In this document: one piece after another, positions 19,587-28,134 of the stretch
Numbering within the stretch: position 1 is the stretch's first letter
How the letters are laid out: each line of letters starts with the position of its first letter
Origin: Hyphomicrobiaceae bacterium
Lineage (GTDB): Bacteria; Pseudomonadota; Alphaproteobacteria; Rhizobiales; Hyphomicrobiaceae
Length of the DNA: 64,000 nucleotides
Assembly (NCBI GenBank): GCA_022844275.1
Contig: JALHMB010000012.1
Coordinates: forward strand, 13,691-77,690
Reading direction: 5' to 3'
Translations under genes and position numbers: made by a program
The notes under the pieces: generated by a model
The model's database searches: none
What the model saw: the letters and a program-made list of their open reading frames with translations, nothing else
Told to the model about the DNA's origin: nothing

Positions 19587-20041
19587 GTAGTACGTCTGCT
19601 CCGAGATCCCGAGGCTCCGGCAGATCTTGCCCACCGTCTCGCCCTGCCCGATCCGCACCTCCGCTTCACGCAGAGCCGCTATGATCTCCTCGGTCGTTCG
19701 TCCCTTTCGTGCCATGTCCACGTCTCCATTCGAGAGATTGGAAATAGCCCGATTCGAAACTCATCCTCGGCCTCACTTCAGGGGAGCAGGCCAAGTGCGT
19801 GTGCTGGCCAAGCGGAGATCCGCGGCAAGCCACGACGTCTATAGCGCGACAACGCTATTGCTGGGTCGTTTGGAACGGCTGCGGCCGTGACGCGACGCGG
19901 TTCGCGTGGCTGTCCACGGGCAGCACAGGCTAGCTGCGTTCGCGAGAATGAGCGCGGCTTTGCACCGGAGGATTGACTTACTCGGCGGGCTTGGGTGGCT
20001 GCACATCGTGGTTGCGCCCTGACAGTTTTCTAGCCCACCGT

Positions 20042-20422
20042 TCAGTCTGCGCTGAAAGTCACGACCTCGACTTTGTTGCCATCCGGGTCACGTAAGAACG
20101 CCGCGTAGTAGTGGTTGTCGTATTCGGCGCGTGTCCCTGGTTTCCCGTCATGGGAGCCACCGTTCGCTAAGCCTTTTCGGAAGAATTCGTCGACAGTGTT
20201 CCGATGTCCCGCGTGGAACGCGATGTGCGAGCCGTTACCAGGGCAGCATTGCTCGCCATTAACTGGCCGCTCCACACTGAAGATAATCTCGGTCAACCCG
20301 TACCCTATCAGCCTCTCCGATCTCTTGATGCGCCGGAGGCCCAACGCTTCCATAATCGGATCGTAGAAGGCCTGGGCACGATCGAGATCGTTCGTGCCCA
20401 CTGATACATGATGAAGTATCAC
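20042..20422 (-). CDS. VOC (glyoxalase/bleomycin-resistance fold) family protein
   Basis: 126 aa. It carries HHVSVGTNDLDRAQAFY and YYAAFLRDPDGNKVEVV. Confidence 0.85.
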   Translation of the reverse strand: MILHHVSVGTNDLDRAQAFYDPIMEALGLRRIKRSERLIGYGLTEIIFSVERPVNGEQCCPGNGSHIAFHAGHRNTVDEFFRKGLANGGSHDGKPGTRAEYDNHYYAAFLRDPDGNKVEVVTFSAD

Positions 20423-20435
20423 GGCCTCTCCTCAG

Positions 20436-20969
20436 CTATTGCCGGCCCCGGGTTGCCGTCTTACGTGGCCGAGCGCCTTCGCCGCTCTCATCGGCCTCAA
20501 GATTGATCTCACTTTCGGCCAGATCGGTAAGCTTAAGGTCGGTGGCCTTCTCCTCCTTGAGCGTGGCGTCGAGAAGCTTCGCTGCTTCTGACATACCCAT
20601 CTTGCCGGCCCACGACTTCAGCGTGCCATAGCGCGTGATTTCGTAGTGCTCGACAGCCTGTGCTGCGGCAAGCATGCCAGCATCACGCACGGTGTCGTTG
20701 TCGGCCTCCTTCATGATCTCCTCGCCTTCCTCGATGATCCCATCAATGGCCGGGCAGGTCTTGCCGCGCGGAGCCTTGCCAATGAGATCGAATATCTGGT
20801 CCAGGCGCTCGACGTGGGTTTCGGTCTCGTCAACGTGTGCCTGGAACGCTTGGGCCAGCTTGGGCGAGCTCGCCTTCTTCGCCATCTTAGGAAGCGTCTT
20901 CAGGATCTTTTTCTCGGCGTAGTAGATATCGCGAACGGTCTCTTCAAAAAGTTTCTCGAGGCTGTCCAT
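20436..20969 (-). CDS. Ferritin-like DUF892 (YciE/YciF-type) stress protein
   Basis: From the ATG at 20969 (GGAG upstream): MDSLEKLFEETVRDIYYAEKKILKTLPKMAKKA...HVDETETHVERL...EHYEITRYGTL. The longer ORF in the track has an implausible N-terminus. Confidence 0.85.
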   Translation of the reverse strand: MDSLEKLFEETVRDIYYAEKKILKTLPKMAKKASSPKLAQAFQAHVDETETHVERLDQIFDLIGKAPRGKTCPAIDGIIEEGEEIMKEADNDTVRDAGMLAAAQAVEHYEITRYGTLKSWAGKMGMSEAAKLLDATLKEEKATDLKLTDLAESEINLEADESGEGARPRKTATRGRQ

Positions 20970-21171
20970 GTCGTTCACTCCGTTAGTGTTGGGTTGACGG
21001 GCCAACGGAACATGCAACCGCGAGTTCCCTGCCGCAGAAGTTTTTTGCCCGGCCCCCGAGCGCATCCAAACATGTCCGGTCATCGGGCGGGGCGGCGTGC
21101 GTCGGGGCTTCGGCGGACCGCGTGCAATTTGACCACGACCTGCCTGATCACATAGCCACGCGCCCCGGCGA

Positions 21172-21627
21172 TCACGCGCGATGCGTTGGCGCTGGAATGG
21201 ATTGCCCGAAAAGGGCTCGGAAATCTCTGGGGCGTAGCGCAATGCTCGCCAGCGTATGCTGGTCCAGCTCGGCCAGGAAAGCAGAGAGCGCGCGGCGCAG
21301 AATGGCCGGTAGGCGGCAGCAACCGCCGATTACGCACTGATGTCCACTGGCGAAGCATTCTACGAGCGCAAAATCAGGTTCCGTGATGCGCACTACATCA
21401 CCAAGCCGGATTTCCTCAGGCGGCTTGGCGAGCTTCAAGCCGCCAGCCCGGCCCCGCACGGCAGTTAGATAGCCGCCACGCGTCAAAGCATTGACTACTT
21501 TCATTAGATGAGTGCGCGAGATGCTGTAGGCGCGCGCGATCTCCTCAATGGTGACAAGTCGACCGCCAGCAGCGTCTGTGAACATCAGCACGCGCAAGGC
21601 ATAGTCCGAAAACGTGGTGAGCTGCAT
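21172..21627 (-). CDS. nsrR: Rrf2-family regulator, NsrR-like (NO-sensing repressor)
   Basis: It starts MQLTTFSDYALRVLMF and has the wHTH ISRTHLMKVVNALTRGGYL and a Cys cluster ECFASGHQCVIGGCC. It is divergent from an nnrS operon, with an NsrR-type palindrome between them. Confidence 0.75.
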   Translation of the reverse strand: MQLTTFSDYALRVLMFTDAAGGRLVTIEEIARAYSISRTHLMKVVNALTRGGYLTAVRGRAGGLKLAKPPEEIRLGDVVRITEPDFALVECFASGHQCVIGGCCRLPAILRRALSAFLAELDQHTLASIALRPRDFRALFGQSIPAPTHRA

Positions 21628-21696
21628 CAGCGATCCTGCGACACTCTGGAATAGATTCATTCTTGACACATGTTAGTTCGGGGCGCAACCATGAGA

Positions 21697-21719
21697 AAGA
21701 TGAATTAAAAATACATCTA
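21697..21719. promoter_or_regulatory. NsrR-type operator
   Basis: AAGATGAATTAAAAATACATCTA has inverted AAGATG / CATCT arms with an AT-rich centre, as in the established NsrR consensus (AAGATGCATTT-N-AAATGCATCTT). It lies in the 105-bp divergent intergenic region, 14 nt before the ATG at 21733. Confidence 0.6.
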
Positions 21720-21732
21720 TGGAGCTTGCCCA

Positions 21733-22161
21733 ATGCTGAAGCGTGTGGAGAGTGAGACGTTGGCCGACACAGCGGCGTACTCCGGACGGAACGATTGGCG
21801 CACGGATGAGGACGACGGCCTCCTGGCGACCGCCGCTCCGATTATGATCGGCGCCTACTTGATGGCCCTTGCAGTCGTGACGACGACTTTCTGGAGCAGC
21901 GGAGAAACACTGCTCTCCCTTGCCATCTGCTTCGTATACGGCGTCATGTTTTTTGGTGTCCCGATCGCAATAGCCAAAGTCCGGAACAAGCATGATGCAC
22001 GGTGGCTCCCCGACGGCCCTAAGCGCACCGCGGATCTGGTCGAAATCCAGACCGGGACGCTTCGCCGCCACGAAGCATTGGTGCAGATGGTCATCGTTCC
22101 CGTCTGTGTGGCGTTCGCATTCACAGGTTTCGCTATCGTCTGGGTTGCTGTGCGGCCATGA
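21733..22161 (+). CDS. Hypothetical 4-TM membrane protein, first gene of the fdxA-nnrS operon
   Basis: 142 aa. GGAG lies upstream. Its stop overlaps the fdxA start (ATGA at 22158-22161). I recognise no family. Confidence 0.6.
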   Translation: MLKRVESETLADTAAYSGRNDWRTDEDDGLLATAAPIMIGAYLMALAVVTTTFWSSGETLLSLAICFVYGVMFFGVPIAIAKVRNKHDARWLPDGPKRTADLVEIQTGTLRRHEALVQMVIVPVCVAFAFTGFAIVWVAVRP

Positions 22162-22544
22162 CCTTCGTCGTCACCGAGAACTGTATCAAGTGCAAGTACA
22201 CTGACTGCGTGGAGGTCTGCCCCGTCGACTGCTTCTATGAAGGCCAGAACATGCTCGTCATCCATCCCGACGAATGCATCGACTGCGGCGTCTGCGTTCC
22301 CGAGTGCCCAGCGGAAGCGATCGTGGCCGATACAGAACCGGCCGCGACCGAACACTGGCTGCACCTCAACCGCACCTATGCAGAGATCTGGCCGAACATC
22401 CTTGCGCGTAAGTCGCCACTGTCGGACGCGGAGCTGCACAACGGCAGGGCGAACAAAGCCATCGAGTTTTGTTCAGATCCGGTAGATGAGGGCACGAATC
22501 TGAACGAGCCAGGAGTGCAATCGACGTCGATACAATCGCGGTAG
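22158..22544 (+). CDS. fdxA: 7Fe ferredoxin (FdxA type, [3Fe-4S][4Fe-4S]) with a C-terminal extension
   Basis: It carries [55 protein letters not shown]. Confidence 0.9.
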   Translation: MTFVVTENCIKCKYTDCVEVCPVDCFYEGQNMLVIHPDECIDCGVCVPECPAEAIVADTEPAATEHWLHLNRTYAEIWPNILARKSPLSDAELHNGRANKAIEFCSDPVDEGTNLNEPGVQSTSIQSR

Positions 22545-22590
22545 CGACCCCAGCCGGTTCTGGCCACTCGGGCGATGGAAAAGGTCAACG

Positions 22591-23799
22591 ATGTCGACGA
22601 GTGCTAAGCAAATTCGTAGTTATCGCGGGCCTGCGTTGTTCAGTTACGGCTTCCGTCCTTTCTTCCTGTTTGGCCCCGGCTGGGCCGCTCTTGCGGTTGT
22701 ATTGTGGCTGCCGATGCTCAGCGGCCATCTCGCGCTTCCTACTGCCCTATCGCCCGTCGAGTGGCACGTCCATGAACTCATATTTGGTTATGTTCCCGCC
22801 GTAGTGGCGGGGTTCTTGCTTACAGCCGTCCCAAATTGGACCGGTCGTCTCCCGGTTGTGGGCGTGCCGCTCGCCTCCTTATTCGCGTGCTGGCTCGCCG
22901 GCCGGACTGCAATGGCGACGTCTGATTTGATCGGCGTACATACGGCGGCCATGATCGATGTTACATTCCTTGTCGCACTTGGAAGTGTGATTGCCCGTGA
23001 GATTATCGCGGGTCGCAGCACGCGGAACCTCAAGGTCCTGGCTGGCGTCGGTTTGTTGCTCGCGGGAAATGTGCTGTTCCATGTTGAAGCCCTGTCAGGC
23101 AGTCATGGAGGCTACGGCACGCGTCTCGGGATCGGCGCGACCATCTTGCTGATCATGTTGATCGGAGGGCGCATCATTCCGAGCTTCACGCACAACTGGC
23201 TCGCTCGCAGAACTGCGGGGCGGCTGCCGGTCCCGTTTAATCGGTTCGATGCCGCGATCATGGCCGTGAGCGCAGCAGGCCTTTTGTTTTGGATTGTTAT
23301 TCCTACGGCGGAGGTCACCGGCTGGCTCTCGCTCACGGCAATGGTGCTCAATAGTGCTCGACTCGCGCGCTGGGCAGGAGAGCGTACCGCGGCCGAGCCG
23401 ATCGTACTTATTCTGCATATTGCGTATGCCTTTGTGCCAGTCGGATTCGGATTGGTTGCCTTGGGAATTTGGCGGCCGGACGCCATTGCGCCGAGTGGGG
23501 CTCTGCATGCATGGACAGTGGGGGCCATCGGATTGATGACCATCGCGGTTATGAGTCGGGCCAGCCTCGGCCACTGCGGGCAGCCGCTTACTGCCTCTCG
23601 TGCAATCCAGGCAATCTATGCTGCGGGCGTCGTCGCAGCCCTGGCCCGCATTTTCGCGGCGCTCGACGTCATGCGCGAGCCGATGCTTTACGTCTCCGCT
23701 TCGGCGTGGACTGCAGCATTCCTTGGGTTTGTAATCGTCTTTGCTCCACTACTCTCGCGCGCAAGATCGTCTGAAATTGCCGTCATCACAAACCGCTGA
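22591..23799 (+). CDS. nnrS: NnrS-family haem/copper membrane protein (NO stress)
   Basis: 402 aa and multi-TM. It has an NnrS-like N-terminus LFSYGFRPFFLFGPGWAALAVVLWLPMLSG and conserved His residues in the TM helices. Confidence 0.85.
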   Translation: MSTSAKQIRSYRGPALFSYGFRPFFLFGPGWAALAVVLWLPMLSGHLALPTALSPVEWHVHELIFGYVPAVVAGFLLTAVPNWTGRLPVVGVPLASLFACWLAGRTAMATSDLIGVHTAAMIDVTFLVALGSVIAREIIAGRSTRNLKVLAGVGLLLAGNVLFHVEALSGSHGGYGTRLGIGATILLIMLIGGRIIPSFTHNWLARRTAGRLPVPFNRFDAAIMAVSAAGLLFWIVIPTAEVTGWLSLTAMVLNSARLARWAGERTAAEPIVLILHIAYAFVPVGFGLVALGIWRPDAIAPSGALHAWTVGAIGLMTIAVMSRASLGHCGQPLTASRAIQAIYAAGVVAALARIFAALDVMREPMLYVSASAWTAAFLGFVIVFAPLLSRARSSEIAVITNR

Positions 23800-24081
23800 A
23801 GCCGCTCATCGGCTGATTTCGCCCCTATCGAGCAGGTACAATAATCGTGGGGAGCGCTTGCACTGACGTCTCCCTCCGGTGAGCACCGCCTTGTCGTGGC
23901 GAATCCCATAATGGCTGGCACGTTCATCTTCGATGCGGACGCGCGCCTTTTGACCGCCTTCCGTGGCGATCAACCCGTCGCGATCACGAAGCTGGCTGTG
24001 CACAAGGATTTCCATCCGTCGTTGACAGCGAGGAACTTCCGCTCGGTCTCGATCGCCATGCTGGACCTTCCTGTAAGCTGA

Positions 24082-26049
24082 TTATCCTTCGGACCGCAGT
24101 TCGCGATTAATTTGCGTTTCGACCGCACGGGCCGCCACGGGGACGTTCAACGATCGACCATCGGCACGGATCGGGTCGAATAGGAGGCGCAGGCCATTGA
24201 GGACCACCAGAACCGTACCTCCCTCATGACCAACGACGGCCAAAGGTAAGGGCAGGTCGAAGAACAATGCGCCGGATACCAGCAACAGCATCGCGCCGAT
24301 CGCGAAGGTCAGGTTCTGGCGAATGACACGGGCTGTCCGGCGTGCAAGTCTATGTGCGGCAGCCAACCGGGCCATGTCCTCCGACAACAATGCCACATCG
24401 GCCGCCTGAACAGCCACTTCGCTGCCCGCCGCCCCCATAGCTATGCCGACGTCCGCACGGGCCAGCGCCGCTGCGTCGTTGACGCCATCGCCCACAAAAG
24501 CAACCTTCCCGCTTCGCGTCATGGCCTCGACGAGGCGCACCTTGTCGTGCGGCAGGAGGTCGGCTTCGATGTCCTCTTCTTGCACACCAAGTTCGCGTCC
24601 AACACGCAGCGCCACAGGCCGTCTGTCGCCTGTCATCATCGTGATCCGGACAATCCCTGCCGCTCGCAAGGACGCGAGGGCTTCGCGCGAGGTTTCCCGC
24701 ACCACGTCGGCGACCGTGACAGCGCCGAGAACCCGGTTTCCGCGCCCCATCCAGATGACGGTCTCCGCCCCACCCGTCATAGCCTTGAAGACCGGGTCGA
24801 TAATATCTGCGCCCATGTGTGCGACCATGCGCGGATTGCCGGCCCAGATCTCCCCCGCCTCATCCCGCCCGGTGATGCCCTCGCTCGGATGCGCCGTCAC
24901 GTCCGCTATGGTGGCGGGCGTGAGCGCTCTGCGCTCAGCTTCGCGGCGCACGGCGGCGGCGATGCCATGCTCGGAATGCGCCTCCAGTCCTGCGAGGAGA
25001 CGCAGGAATGCGCTTTCGGACATGGTCGGCGACACAATGGCTGTCACCTCCGGCCGACCGGTCGTCAACGTCCCGGTCTTGTCGAACGCGAACTGGGTGA
25101 CGGCGGCGAAACTCTCAAGCGCGGCACCGCCCTTGAACAGGACGCCGCCTCTCGCCGCGGCTGAGAGGGCAGAGAGAATGGCTGCGGGGACGCTGATGAC
25201 GATCGCGCAGGGGCTGGCCGCGACCAGGATGACGGCCGCGCGATAGGTGGCCTCCTGCCATTCCTGGCCAAGGACCAGGAGTAAGCCGAGCACCAAGATC
25301 GAGCCTGCCAGGACCGCGATGGTGTAGCGCTGGCCGAACCACTCGCTGAACCGTTCCGAGGGTGCGCGCGCCGCTTGCGCCTCCGTGACCAGCCGGATCA
25401 TGCGGGCGACCGTGCTGTCGCTCGCATTTGCGGTGACCCGCATCTCCAGCACCGCGCTATGGTTGACGGTGGCCTCGAACACTTTCGCCCCGGCCGCTTT
25501 GCGGACCGGCATCGATTCACCGGTGACCATCGACTCATCCAAGTGGCCATCGCCCTTGAGAAGGACGCCATCAACGGGAATCTTGGCGCCCGGCCGGACA
25601 ACCAGCACGTCGCCGATTGCGAGCGCCGAGATCTTGACCTCCTCGATATCTCCCGACGCCGTCTTGCGTAGCGCGGTCTCAGGGCGCAGTGCCAGGAGCG
25701 CCTCGACCTCGCGTCGCGCGCGGCCCATGGCCAGTGTTTCCAGTGTCGTCGAGATGCTGAACAGGAACAGCAGGACCGCACCTTCAGCGGGTGCGCCCAC
25801 AGCGGCCGCGGCCAGTGCCGCAATGACCATCAATAGATCAATATCAAGTGTGCGCGCGCGCCAAAGCTCGACCAGAGCGCGCTTGGCCGCCGGAAGCCCT
25901 CCGGCGATGTAGACCAGCCCAAAGCCAACCGCGGCGAGGCTGTCAGCGCCCAGATAAGGTGCTGCAAACCCCGTCACGACGCCGACCAGTGTCATGGCAC
26001 TGAGAGCGATACTGATCTGTTCGGATGTTCGGTCGCTCATTTCCATCAT
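24082..26049 (-). CDS. P1B-4-like heavy-metal (Co/Zn/Fe-type) P-type ATPase, intact paralog
   Basis: 655 aa. It carries TGES (VTGESMPV), DKTGTLT, GDGVNDAAALARADVGIAMG, an SPC motif in a TM helix (AASPCAIVIS) and HEGGT near the C-terminus. It has no N-terminal CxxC metal-binding domain. Confidence 0.9.
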   Translation of the reverse strand: MMEMSDRTSEQISIALSAMTLVGVVTGFAAPYLGADSLAAVGFGLVYIAGGLPAAKRALVELWRARTLDIDLLMVIAALAAAAVGAPAEGAVLLFLFSISTTLETLAMGRARREVEALLALRPETALRKTASGDIEEVKISALAIGDVLVVRPGAKIPVDGVLLKGDGHLDESMVTGESMPVRKAAGAKVFEATVNHSAVLEMRVTANASDSTVARMIRLVTEAQAARAPSERFSEWFGQRYTIAVLAGSILVLGLLLVLGQEWQEATYRAAVILVAASPCAIVISVPAAILSALSAAARGGVLFKGGAALESFAAVTQFAFDKTGTLTTGRPEVTAIVSPTMSESAFLRLLAGLEAHSEHGIAAAVRREAERRALTPATIADVTAHPSEGITGRDEAGEIWAGNPRMVAHMGADIIDPVFKAMTGGAETVIWMGRGNRVLGAVTVADVVRETSREALASLRAAGIVRITMMTGDRRPVALRVGRELGVQEEDIEADLLPHDKVRLVEAMTRSGKVAFVGDGVNDAAALARADVGIAMGAAGSEVAVQAADVALLSEDMARLAAAHRLARRTARVIRQNLTFAIGAMLLLVSGALFFDLPLPLAVVGHEGGTVLVVLNGLRLLFDPIRADGRSLNVPVAARAVETQINRELRSEG

Positions 26050-26238
26050 TGCAGGTCAAATTGTTCTTCGACAACAGTCGCATGAAGGCGCGTGCCGAGT
26101 CACAATTTTCAATCATCTCCCAAGAACGCCCCAAAAGGCTCGTCGACGCTTCGCGACGGCGGACAGCTGAGGCGTCGAGCGAACTTATCTGAGGCACCCC
26201 AAGTGCCGCTTCTTTGCGCCGTAGGCACGCATAGGCAC

Positions 26239-26706
26239 TCAATCATTGCGGCCGCCGCGTATCTCCACGCGGCGGGTGCATCGCGCAGCGACGTGCTCGT
26301 CATGAGTCGAAATCAGAAAGCTGGTTGCGGTTGTCGAGTTGATCGACTTGATGAGATCCAGAACTTGATCAGCCGATTGCCGGTCGAGATTCCCAGTTGG
26401 TTCGTCTGCCAGCACCAGTGCCGGGTTGTTGATCAGCGCACGAGCGACCGCCACCCGCTGGCGCTGGCCACCAGACATGGCCGCCGGGCGGTATTCCCGT
26501 CTTTCCCGTCCGAAGGCCGAGGCAGCCGTGATCGCATCAAGGTGCCGAGGATGGACGCACCCGTTGACTGCAAGCACACGGGTCGCCGGCGCCGATTGAG
26601 CAAGAAACGTGTGAACCACTTTTTCGCGAGGAGACAGCAGCCAATACCCAGCTGTCGCCAGCGAGACGGCCGCCAGCATAGTAACAACAAGCTGTTTCGA
26701 TTTCAT
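26239..26706 (-). pseudogene. Deletion chimera: a signal-anchor/adaptor-like N-terminus fused in frame to the C-terminal third of an ABC ATPase
   Basis: MKSKQLVVTMLAAVSLATAGYWLL...RVLAVNGCVHP is joined to MSGGQRQRVAVARALINNPALVLADEPTGNLD...STHD. These are the signature motif, Walker B and H-loop. The Walker A and Q-loop are absent. Confidence 0.65.
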
Positions 26707-26994
26707 GGCCCCTATCATTCCAAGCGGTGCCAGCGAACCCATCCGGCATCGCAAGGAGCCCATGATCTACATTACTGATCCCAGTCGAGCTAGGTGATGT
26801 GGTGGTTAACCTGGGACCGACGAACGCCCGACATGCTCTTGGCGTGCCTTTTAGAGGAACATTGACGTGCTCACACGCACGTCGGCCCTCCCTCTGTGAG
26901 AACAGAGGTTACCCCGGGATATTAAGTTATACCCTGACGTGCCCCGCCTCAGAAACGGTGACGGTCCGATCGTACGCGAGACGGGATCGCCAGG

Positions 26995-27240
26995 TTATCC
27001 GGTTGAGCGCGCCAAAGCGGCAGCGATGGCTTCCTTGATCTCCAGGCGCCGTTTGCGAAGTTGAACTTCCTGCAGATTCTCAACAGGCTTTAGGTTGGTT
27101 TCCGCGAGGTGGATCTCATCATTCACCGCGTCGTAGTCCCGCAGCAACTGCGCAAAGTCGGGGGCGCTCACTTTCAGCTTGTGAATGGCCTCGAGTTGAT
27201 CAGGAAATTCTTCGGCGAGCGTATGCGGCGTGTTCGACAT
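26995..27240 (-). CDS. DUF465 (YdcH-like) protein
   Basis: 81 aa. It carries LAEEFPDQLEAIHKLKVSAPDFAQLLRDYDAVNDEIHLAE. Confidence 0.8.
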   Translation of the reverse strand: MSNTPHTLAEEFPDQLEAIHKLKVSAPDFAQLLRDYDAVNDEIHLAETNLKPVENLQEVQLRKRRLEIKEAIAAALARSTG

Positions 27241-27282
27241 GACGTCCCTTTGGTATCGTACAGTTCAACAACATGCAGATAG

Positions 27283-27633
27283 TTACTGTTCCTTGCTCGC
27301 ACAGGAAAAGCACAGCGCGGCCTCGGGTCGCGCCTCCATGCGCTTTGGCGCGATCGTCGCTCCGCACCGTACGCACTCCCCGTAGACACCTTGTTCAATC
27401 CGAGTCAGCGCGCGCTTCACAGAAGCAATCTCGCGCAAGATGAGCACGGCTTGGCCTGCCAGCGATTGATCGTCTTCCATCTCAATTGCCCGTTCGGATG
27501 AATCTTGACTAAGCGGTTCGTCCAAACCCTGAGCGATCCGCTCCTGCCGTTCTTCAAGTTCGGCAAGCTGCGCTTCGAGACGGACCTTGGCAGCGGCGGG
27601 ATCGGGCATATCCAACTCCATATTTGCCACCAC
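27283..27633 (-). CDS. TraR/DksA-family C4 zinc-finger protein
   Basis: It has a coiled-coil N-terminus and the motif YGECVRCGATIAPKRMEARPEAALCFSCA. Confidence 0.85.
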   Translation of the reverse strand: MVANMELDMPDPAAAKVRLEAQLAELEERQERIAQGLDEPLSQDSSERAIEMEDDQSLAGQAVLILREIASVKRALTRIEQGVYGECVRCGATIAPKRMEARPEAALCFSCASKEQ

Positions 27634-27724
27634 CTGATCAGCGAAGGCGGGACGATGTTGCGTTAGAAGGGCTCAAACGCGCTCGATGAGCTTATTCTTT
27701 TGATAGCTGCGCCGAGCGCAGTCT

Positions 27725-27960
27725 CTAGTCTTTGCCGATCGGAATACGGTTTCAACCTTTGAGGTGTCTGTCCTCTTCGGCAGCGTAACCCTCAGAACAC
27801 CTCTTTCGAGATCCGCCGTCATCTTCTCGACATCGACGATGGCGTACCGATCCTCCGATGAGGGTGAATTGCGGCTGCTTCATACGCAAGCGCGTCCGCT
27901 CCTGCGCAATCCGAACTAAGTTCACGCGAACCGCAATCTCAGCATTGATCTCAATCAAGC
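27725..27960 (-). pseudogene. Hsp20/alpha-crystallin small heat-shock gene remnant (frameshifted, 5'-degenerate)
   Basis: In one frame the C-terminus reads IVDVEKMTADLERGVLRVTLPKRTDTSKVETV-stop. The preceding ...FTLIGGS segment is in another frame, and no intact N-terminal half is present. Confidence 0.45.
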
Positions 27961-28134
27961 TCTCGCGGACTGGAAATGAGCGTCCTCCTGTTTGGAGGCG
28001 TGCACCTTATGGGCTGATCGCAATTTTATCGTGCGACGGTGTCGCGCGGGATCGACTGCGTACCGCCAATTGTTGTTGGCTCTTGTGGGCTCCAGCAACT
28101 GCGTCGGCGCTCGGCTGGACCGCGGCGCTCAGCG

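Larger units (their letters stand above)
18124..19721 (-). pseudogene. IS3-family OrfA (copy 1), split by the IS110 insertion
   Basis: The 5' part MDMARKGRTTEEIIAALREAEVRIGQGETVGKICRSLGISEQTYY ends at 19587. The 3' part KWRREYGGLKLD... resumes at 18273. Confidence 0.85.
17199..19793 (-). mobile_element. IS3-family element, copy 1 (1282 bp of IS sequence), interrupted by an IS110-family element
   Basis: It is collinear with copy 2 (29847..31128) from the TGGCCTGCTCC end to the GGAGCAGGCCA end. 2595 bp minus the 1313-bp insert equals 1282 bp, identical to the length of copy 2. Confidence 0.9.

Noticed and set aside
23806-24081. Two overlapping small ORFs on opposite strands between nnrS and the ATPase (23806..24015 minus, 23896..24081 plus).
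   Set aside because: Both have acceptable GC3 and neither has a recognisable motif or a clear RBS. I cannot decide which of them, if either, is real.
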